64,000 nucleotides of DNA from the human T2T-CHM13v2.0 reference genome, Homo sapiens, in NCBI RefSeq assembly GCF_009914755.1, contig NC_060935.1, one strand, 5' to 3'. Position 1 is the first letter of the stretch. Every line of letters starts with the position of its first letter. The position numbers were made by a program, and so were the translations under genes. Shown in pieces: positions 41,215 to 64,000 of this stretch. The notes under the pieces were generated by a model. It was given only the letters and a program-made list of their open reading frames with translations. It ran no database searches and had not been told where the DNA came from.

Positions 41215-42477
41215 TGAGCCACCACACCCAGCCCAGAGAGGTTATTTTCTATATCATGCTCTACCTTGCAGCACTTACATGCTGAGTGAAGTTAACAGTA
41301 AGTACTTCAAATGATGAAGTAATGACTAATTTTCCCCAGATCACTTTCCAGCTCTTCGATCGGGTATTCACAGATCTTCAAAATGTAATTTCAATTAGAT
41401 TTATCTCATTGAAACCTTCTGCAACAACTAGTCCACATTTTTTATCCCATGAACATGCCATACTTAACTTCGTGCTTTTGCCTAATTCTGATTTCCCATT
41501 CCTGGAGTGTTTTTCCTATTGTTCACTATCTATTAAAATCCTATTCATTCGTCCAAACTCCAGTTCAAACTCCAGATGGCCTTTATAGAATTTTCTCTAG
41601 TCATTTCAGCCCATGTTAAATGCTCACTCATAAGTATCTAAGCACTGTAAGTGTATAGTACTCACTTTGGCACTTACTCTAATAGTATACTATTATCTTT
41701 ATTTTACTCATATACTTAAATGAACAAAATCAGGGTGAACAGCACTTAAATCACTGACCAACCTGGCTTTATAGCAAGAGAGAAACAATAAAAGAGTAAG
41801 GGAAGAGATTCTCAAGTTAAATAGGGAAAGCATTCTTTTGAAATAGGAAAAGGAGCTTTCCAATACAGGAAACTGAATGCCTTCTGTGGGAAAGAGCAAG
41901 TGGCTGGAGAAAAAGGCCATAGGGATAAACAATGAGTGAAAACTCTGTTTAAAAAGAAGCAGACAGAAGGCATGTATCTAGGGAGAAGGTCTGAACTTGG
42001 GAAAGGTAAGCAAGGTTGAAGGGTGGGAAGAGTAAAGGAAAGAGTTCTATATATGCTTTAAGGTTTATTTAAATGTTTCTTTCTGGAAAATTAAATTTTT
42101 AAATTGATCCTGAACTCTGAAATTCAATTTAAAAATATAAAATCCTACTAAGCGGTCTTGTCTAACCTTAAACTTACAGAAAAGTAATTACAACGAGAAT
42201 GACACATATGAGGAATTTATTCACAATATAGGGCCTGTTATACAGAAGGCACACTCAAATGTGGAACAAAGCCAATTAAGCCCACAATTCTGGAGTCCTC
42301 AGATATATGTGAATGCCATGACCACTGGCAATTTTGGTTGTAACTAATAATAATGTACTTCTTTTTTTAGCGATGGGGTTTCACCCTGTCACCCAGGCTT
42401 GAATGCAGTGCTGCGATCATGGCTCACTGCAGCCTTGACCTCCCGGGCTCAAGTGATCCTCCCACTCAGTCTCCTGA

Positions 42478-42839
<362 letters not shown>

Positions 42840-42934
42840 CTAAATATTGCATACAAGGTAAAAAATGTAAAGGTTAAAAAATATATACTTCTAGCCTAGC
42901 TCACAAATATTTATTATTTTAATAAGTATATTAG

Positions 42935-43835
<901 letters not shown>

Positions 43836-44927
43836 TAATTCCTAGAACAGTTAAGTGAGGATAAAAACTGGTACAAAAAACTAAAAAATAATTTCTTCTT
43901 ATTGATCGAGTTTTCTTTTACATCTATCTATCTTAAACTGAATTTCTATCTTTAAATTAAAATACTGATTCATATGCCACCATGATTCAGTGTCGCATTA
44001 TGAATGAAAACACAACTACTTTTTTCTTACATTCCAAAAGCATGTCGAGAATTAAAGAGATCAATGTCCCTCAACAAATTACTACAAAAAAACAACTGAA
44101 ATGCATACAATACCTCTACATTGGGAACATTTAAAAAAAATCTGTTCACCAATTTGAGCCCAGTACAAACTAACTCTTTGAAAATATTTCTATTTTTGAG
44201 TACGACAGTTCCAAAACAACCTGCAAAATACAAAATGTTAAAAATGCACTCTGGCATGCTAACATTTTTGATACTTCAGAATTAACAAAATATCATGCAT
44301 ATAAGTCATTGCATTTTTCTCTTGGGAGTTTAAACATCTTCTCACTGAGGAAGGTATGGCTTAGAACCTAGAACATAATATCATATTTCATTAAAAAATT
44401 GTATGCTGGAACCTTCTAGATAATGTTAGTCATAACAAGTAACTGGTTGCCAGAATATTACACTGTTTATTATATAGGCAATTTTGCTGAATATTCTAGC
44501 CATCTCTTTATAATTTAAAGGCTTTTTTTGTTCTGTTTTTTATTTTGTTTTTGTTTTTTTTTTTTGAGAGAGTCTCACTCTGTCGGCCAGACTGGGGTTC
44601 AGTGACACCATCTTGGCCTCACTGCAACCACCATCTCCGGGGTTCAAGCAATTCTCCCACCTCAGCCTTCCAAGTAGCCGGGATTACAGGCACCCGCCAC
44701 CATGCCTGGCTAACTTTTGTATTTTTGGTAGAGACGGGGTTTCACCATGTTGGTCAGGATGGTCTGGAACTCCTGACCTCAGGTGATCCGCCCGCCTCAG
44801 ACTCCCAGTGTTGGGATTACTGGTGTGAGCCACTGTGCCAGGCCCTAAAGTTTTATGGTTTTTATCAGTAATGGCAATTCTACTGATGTACTGGACCATC
44901 AACTTAATTTAAAATAAAGCATTTTAC

Positions 44928-45098
44928 CTGGTTGAGATGCAACGAGCAGGACACTGTGTTGACTATAATGTCCCAGAGCTGGGACAAGGGCTCTGAACAT
45001 ATCCACATTGCTCTGTACCACATCAAGGTACGACTGAGAACTACCCAAAGAGTTGACTGTGAAGATCACCACCTTGGAATGAGCAGAGGCAGACAAAT
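44928..45098 (-). CDS. UEVLD: UEVLD exon 8 ([58 protein letters not shown])
   Basis: Acceptor cactag|AT; donor CAG|gtaaaa; 171 nt. Confidence 0.96.
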
Positions 45099-45182
45099 CT
45101 AGTGAATGAAAAGAAACAGTCTGAGCTGAAGATACAGGCTTTAATCAAGTTCTAGTTCACGATTAAAAGGTTGTTCTTTTCA

Positions 45183-45455
<273 letters not shown>

Positions 45456-46467
45456 TCAGCTACTCAGGAGGCTGAGGCAGAGATTCAGTTGAACCCAGGA
45501 GGTGGAGGTTCAGTGAGCTGAGATCTCGCCATTGCACTCCAGAGTCTCGTGACAGAGTGAGACTCTGTCTCAATAAAAAAGGAAGAGTGTATCCCCAGGG
45601 GGGAAGATAGCAATAGTAATAATCAAAATAAATTATGGGATCTAAAACCTACAAACAAGAACTGAGTTTTTTATATAAATTACAATTTTTAAAGGAAAAT
45701 AAATATTATGCTATAGGCAAAATGAACCTACCATCAATTACACCATTGGTTCCTAAACTGTGAGCTTAGGTGCCCTAAAGTTCCTTGAAAGAAACTCAGA
45801 GGCCATCAGGGAGGAGTGGAAATAAGTAGGAAGAAGGCTGGTAAGTATAGCTCCAGGCCACTTACTTTGGCCTATCCAAGCAGAATAGTGGTACTTTTTA
45901 AAAATCTGTTTTACTTATTAAGGATTCTACTCTAAAGAGTAGTTCAAAAATCTCTAAATTAAATATCTTGGCTTTTTTTTAATAAAGAGACAAGGTCTCA
46001 CTATATTGCCCAGGCTGGACTCAAACTCCTGGGCTCAAGTACTCCTCCTGCTTCTGCCTCCTGAGAAGCTGAGACTTTACCACACCTGCCTCTTGGATCA
46101 TTTTAAACTGACTTTTCTTATACAGAAGCCCAGCTGTCCTTGGATAACTACTTCTTCCCATGGGAACTACAGGTAATCAACTGTTATGACTTAGGAAAAG
46201 CTAGTCTATGGAGTTCACTCTGACTCCAGAGCACCTTTGACCCTCCAGCACACGTTATGCTGTTACAACTATATTACTCTCCATTGCACAGTGTGTTTTA
46301 CAGTAAGTACATGCCCAAACCGTGGCCAGATGTTACCAACATCAGAAATAAGAGAACCATAATAAAGTAATTAGAATGGCATCAGTCCAGTCAACATTTA
46401 CAAATGAATATTAGCCTCCCAGGGAGACAGTAGACTCCATGGTTTATATTCCTAATTAAGCCTCTAA

Positions 46468-46653
<186 letters not shown>

Positions 46654-47446
46654 TAGTAGAGACGGGGTTTCTACATGTTGGTGAGGTTGGTCTCGAACTC
46701 CCAACCTCAGGTGATCCACCCACCTCGGCCTCCCAAAGTGCTGGGATTACAGGCGTGAGCCACCGCACCTGGCTAGGCCATCTTTCTAAACAAGTTTCAG
46801 AAGGAAACACTTGTGCAATGTGTCCACTGGGAGATGCATTATCTAATTTTACTTCCTATTCTGATACAGTTCTAGTGATGGTAGATCTAAACACTAAGTC
46901 CTAGATTTTAATTATGGTTCTTCATGAGTCCTCTTAAGTAATTCCTATGTTGTAGGATTCACAGTAGATACCTGGTGATGAGTCAAAACCTCAAGAATTA
47001 GAAGACATTAGAACTGGAAGGGATATACTTAACAATTCCATATGTGTCAAACACTGTTCTAACAGTTCTCCATAAATTTATTTGTTTAATCTAATCAACA
47101 ATACACAATGGAGTATTTTACAGATGAGAAATCTGAGGCACAGAGAAGTTAAATAAACTGCTCAAAGTCATAGAGCTGAAGTGTAGAGCCAGAGGTTAAG
47201 CCCATGCAGTCTGACTTCAAAGTGCTATTAAACACTATGCTACATTTAGAAACTTAGTCCTACACCCTCATAAGGATGAGGAAACTGTTATGTGGAGAGG
47301 TTAGGTGGTCTGTCCATATTATGAAATATTAGTGGACAGTTCAATTTATAACTCTACAATCTGGCCCCAGGCTATTGTGATTATTTCTTTTCTTTGCTCC
47401 TTTAGCTTCCTCATCTTCAAGGTTGACTTAGGAGTAAACATAGTAG

Positions 47447-47620
<174 letters not shown>

Positions 47621-47921
47621 TGAGCCCGGCTAATTTTTGTATTTTTAGTAAAGACAGAGTTTCACCATGTTGGCCAGGCTGGTCTCGAACTCCTGACCTC
47701 AGATGATCTGCCTGCCTTGGCCTCCCAAAGTGCTGGAATTACAGGCATAAGCCACTGTGCCCAGCCCCTAATATGATTTCAAAAGTACAAGAAAGCCTTC
47801 CTACTCCCAAAGATTTTCCCATCAAGCTCTCGGGCCTTTTAATCAATTCCTCTGAGTTTATTTTTTATTTATTTAATTTTTTTTTTGAGATGGAGTTTTG
47901 CTCTTGTCGCCCAGGCTGTAG

Positions 47922-48368
<447 letters not shown>

Positions 48369-50310
48369 TGATGCAGGCTGAATTGGTCTATACTCATTCC
48401 CTAGAATATCTACCTAATTTTCCTGATACTGGCTTTTGCTCAAATTCTCACTGCACTCACCACATGTTTGACAAACATCTGCTTAACTGTCTACATCAAA
48501 CATATTACAAGCTCTGGGGGAACAGGGATTATTTGTTTCTTACTCATCTTTCCACCTCCAAGATCTAGTCGCATAGCAACTGGAACATTTCCCCCAGCTT
48601 TCTGCCAGTCCAAATCTCTCCAATCCCAGAAGAACCAGCAACTATCTCAATCCTAATCAGTTGAAAGCAATCTCTGTCTCCACCCAACTTCGAGTCCTCA
48701 CTGTCTGGACCACTCTCTTGGCATTAATCACATAGTGCCTCCTCACTCTCTTGTCATGAATAACTGTTTATATATTGCATGTGTCTTTTTATCTAAACTT
48801 TAAGCTGCTTCTGACCAAATAGAGTCTTCCATTTCTATCAATCTCTTGCAGCAGTTCTTAAATGCTAGGCTAGGTGCCTAAGCCTAACCTGGGAAGCTTA
48901 ATAAAAATGCAGATTAGCCCATGTTCTGAAGATTTTACTTAAATATATAAGGGGAAATAGCTTCCAGAATGCAAACCGCCAGATGATTCTGATGCACAGC
49001 CAGGTTTGGTTAGCATTGCTCCACAGGCAACTAAGTTCCTTGTACCTGGCACTCAAAATCTTTGACTTTTCAAGTCTTCCCTTACAAGTTGATGATTTAA
49101 CAAGGGAAGAAGATTATACAGTTATAAAGAGAATTAGAAAGAACTTTAAGCATGATTATTAAAGCTATAAATTACAAGGTTAAGGATCAGGATAGGCCGG
49201 GTGCAGTGGCTCACACACGTAATCCCAGCACTTTGGGAGGCTGAGGTGGGCGGATCACGAGGTCAGGAGTTCAAGACCAGCCTGGCTAAGATGGTGAAAC
49301 CCTGTCTCTACTAAAAAGAAATTAGCCGGGCGTGGTGACACGTGCCTGTAATCCCAGCTACTCAGGAAGCTGAAGCAAGAGAATCGCTTGAACCTGGGAG
49401 GAGGAGGTTGTAGTGAGCTGAGATCGCGCCACTGCACCCCAACCTGGGCAACCGAGTAAGACTCCATCACAAAAAAAAAAAAAAAAAGAGGATCAGGATA
49501 AAAGTTCATTCGACAATAATGAATTCAACAAACCCCTACTAAGGTCCTGTCATGTCACAGGTAATGTGTTAGGCCCTAAGAACACAAAAGTGAACATGAT
49601 ATTGTCCCTACTCTATATATCACACAATGTAGTACAAGGGTTAGTAAGGAGGGCTTCAGAATGAGACCGCCTGGTTCAAATATGAGTTGTCCCACTTAGA
49701 CATTAGCATAATGCTAAGTTTCCTCCCATGCCAAGAACTCAGTCAGCATCTGTGTTACCAGGACACAAGCCTCTCACCTCTTTCCCATTTCTATAGGTAG
49801 CCCAGAAAAAACTATATCCTTCCTGCTAAGCCAAGGTCTACAACCTAAACCAAAGGCTGGTCACAGTTATACTAAGGGATGATCAAATCAAGTATGTCAA
49901 AAGACCCAGTAAATAATATTTCATGCTTTAATATACTACTGTTCTCGGATTATGAGGCCAATGTTATGATGAATGAAATATGAACTCATTTTAAAACACT
50001 GCTGATTATTTAAAATACTGAAAGACCAGGTAACTCTGTATCAAATAATGATGGGTAAATACCGTGCAGACCTACTGAAATATTCTAGCTACTCTATCAG
50101 TCTGAATATACTGAAGACACTACACATATTTTCATTTATCTGGTATATCATTAAGCCATTCTTACGGTACTAAAAATTATTGAATATACTCTTTTCAAAT
50201 TATTTAATATGACCCAAAATTTTAGAAATGTGTGTTCTCTCATACTAATGATAATGACCCTTAATCTAGAAAACTGTGCTAAAATTATAGCTATTAAAAA
50301 TCTTCCTGAA

Positions 50311-51408
<1,098 letters not shown>

Positions 51409-51509
51409 TCACTCATATGATGGAATATTATGTAGAACGTTTTCAAAGAAATAGAGTTACTTAGAGCTATATGTACTGTTAATAAACATCTTCAAAAGTG
51501 TAGAATTAA

Positions 51510-52050
51510 TTCCTTAATAAGTTAAAGATCAAATTACCATATAATCCAGCAATTTCACTTTTGGATATACATCCAAAAGAACCAAAAAGAGGTATTAAAA
51601 AAACTGGTACATGAATGTTCATAGTAGCACTAGTTACAATAGTGAAAAAGTGCAACCCGATGTCCATTAACTGATAAATGGATAAATAAAATGTGCTATA
51701 TCCATACCAAGAAACATTAGCCACAAAAATGAATGATGCACTGACACGTGCCACAACATGGATGTACCTTGAAAACATTATGCGAAGTGACACAAAAGTC
51801 ACATACTATATGATTCCATTTATATAAATTAGCTAGTAGAGGAAAATCCACAGAACAGACAGATTAGTAGTTGCCAGAACCTGGGAGAAGGGAAAATGGG
51901 GAGTAACTGCTCAATGTGTACAGAGCTTCCTTTTGGGGTGGTGAAAATGCTGGAAATTAGTGGTGATAGTTGCACAACATTGTGAATGAGTACCTAAAGT
52001 CACCAATGGTAAATTTTATGTTATGTGTATTTGGGCACAATAAAAAGATA
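51510..52050 (+). mobile_element. L1MB-type 3' end
   Basis: attaccatataatccagcaatttcactt...aacatggatgtaccttgaaaacattatgc...atggtaaattttatgttatgtgtatt...acaataaaaa. Confidence 0.82.
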
Positions 52051-52061
52051 AAAGGATTTAA

Positions 52062-57563
<5,502 letters not shown>

Positions 57564-58135
57564 AATGGGATGAGTTAATAAAGATGACTTGGTGCACTCA
57601 ATACTTCTGCTATTGCTCTTGATTTATGTTTTCATTTTGATGTTATCATTTTCATTCTGAAAGTGCTTTTGGGTCTATTTGTGTGTCTTATTTCTAGTAG
57701 AAAAGTTAAAAAAATAATGCCAGCTTTTTCTTAAAAAAAGTATAATAGCTATAAAATCTAAAATCAAATCCTATTATCATGCAGTACTCTCCCCAGAGAT
57801 CTCATGGAAAATACTCCACATGCCTGTAAATAGGGCGGCACAGTGGGCTGACTGTAAATAACAGCATGGAAACTCCTAAAAATCAGTTTACCTTTATGGA
57901 AGGTCTTTCTTCAAAGTAGTAGGAGACTTGAAGATATCTCCTATTTTAGGATTCACGGGCAAAAGTACCCAAAGATCTACCAGACTATCAGACAGAAAGT
58001 GTGATGGTAAAGAAAACAACCCTGGCTGGGCACGGTGGTTCACACCTGTAATCCCAGCAGTTTGGAAGGACAGGATGGGCATAGGCTGGAGTCCAGGAGT
58101 TTCAGACCAGCCTGGGCAACATGGCAAAACCCCGT

Positions 58136-58140
<5 letters not shown>

Positions 58141-58214
<74 letters not shown>
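58141..58214. repeat. (CA)37 microsatellite, followed by (GA)n, after an Alu left monomer (~58025-58140)
   Basis: Direct reading. Confidence 0.97.
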
Positions 58215-58217
<3 letters not shown>

Positions 58218-58739
58218 AGAGAGAAAGAAAATAACCCTGCTACACTATGTATTAGCTATGTAACACCAGGACAGTCACTGAATTCGGCCTTACTTTATGA
58301 GGTTGTAAGGATTAATTATGTGACACAGGGCTTGCATATAGTAATCCCCTCTAAAACATAGTTATTAATTTTATTGCTAACCATACCCATAAGGAAAATG
58401 CAAAGAAAACTATGAGTTACCATTTTCATTTATAAGGCACAAAAAAATCCAAAAGTTTAGCAGTAGTTGTAGGAAAATAAGTATTCTTACATATTATGGG
58501 TATGGGAATAAACTGGTATAATTAATAAAAGATAATTTGACAATTTTCTATCAAAAATTTAAAACATTAACTTCTTGAATCCATCAATTCATTTATAGAA
58601 ATCATCCTACAAATTTATCAGTACATGTGTAAAAGAGTACAATATTAAGGATATTCATAAGACTAGGAACAACAAAACGTTCATCAGTAACAACGAGACA
58701 ATATAGTGGTTTATAGCAGAGATTGAAAAAGTTTTAAAA

Positions 58740-59210
<471 letters not shown>

Positions 59211-59339
59211 CTAGAATACAGGCTCTGATAAACAGATTACCTGGTCTTTAAATTCTCGCTTCATCATTTATTAACAGTGTAATTTGGGGCAACTTGGGTA
59301 ACCGCCCTATGCCTTTGTTTCTTCATTTGTAAAATGTCA

Positions 59340-64000
<4,661 letters not shown>

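Overview
Human (primate) genomic DNA, recognisable as the TSG101-UEVLD locus (chr11p15.1 from prior knowledge). Both genes lie on the minus strand, head-to-tail. The window holds the last 7 coding exons and 3' UTR of UEVLD (63086 down to about 27650; these exons encode its lactate-dehydrogenase-like domain). A gap of about 2.6 kb follows, then the TSG101 CpG-island promoter (about 24540-25220) and TSG101 coding exons 1-7 (24867 down to 535; UEV domain and proline-rich region). I reconstructed all 14 exons by hand; every boundary is GT/AG and the frames are continuous. The rest is extremely Alu-rich intron (roughly 70-75 Alu copies or fragments by eye) plus L1, L2, MIR, Tigger3 and MER5 remnants and microsatellites. 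Nearly all ORFs in the supplied track are Alu-derived or chance ORFs. There is no CRISPR array, RNA gene or other prokaryote-type system. Best leads: (i) the UEVLD LDH domain looks like a pseudoenzyme (His->Gln, Arg->Tyr, Asn->Gln, Thr->Arg) and keeps LDHA intron positions; (ii) a UEVLD exon 11 -> TSG101 exon 2 read-through splice would be in frame; (iii) an ~80-bp templated insertion with microhomology sits inside an Alu; (iv) a perfect 23-bp hairpin; (v) several local duplications and template-switch scars. Repeat coordinates are approximate and subfamily calls are by eye.
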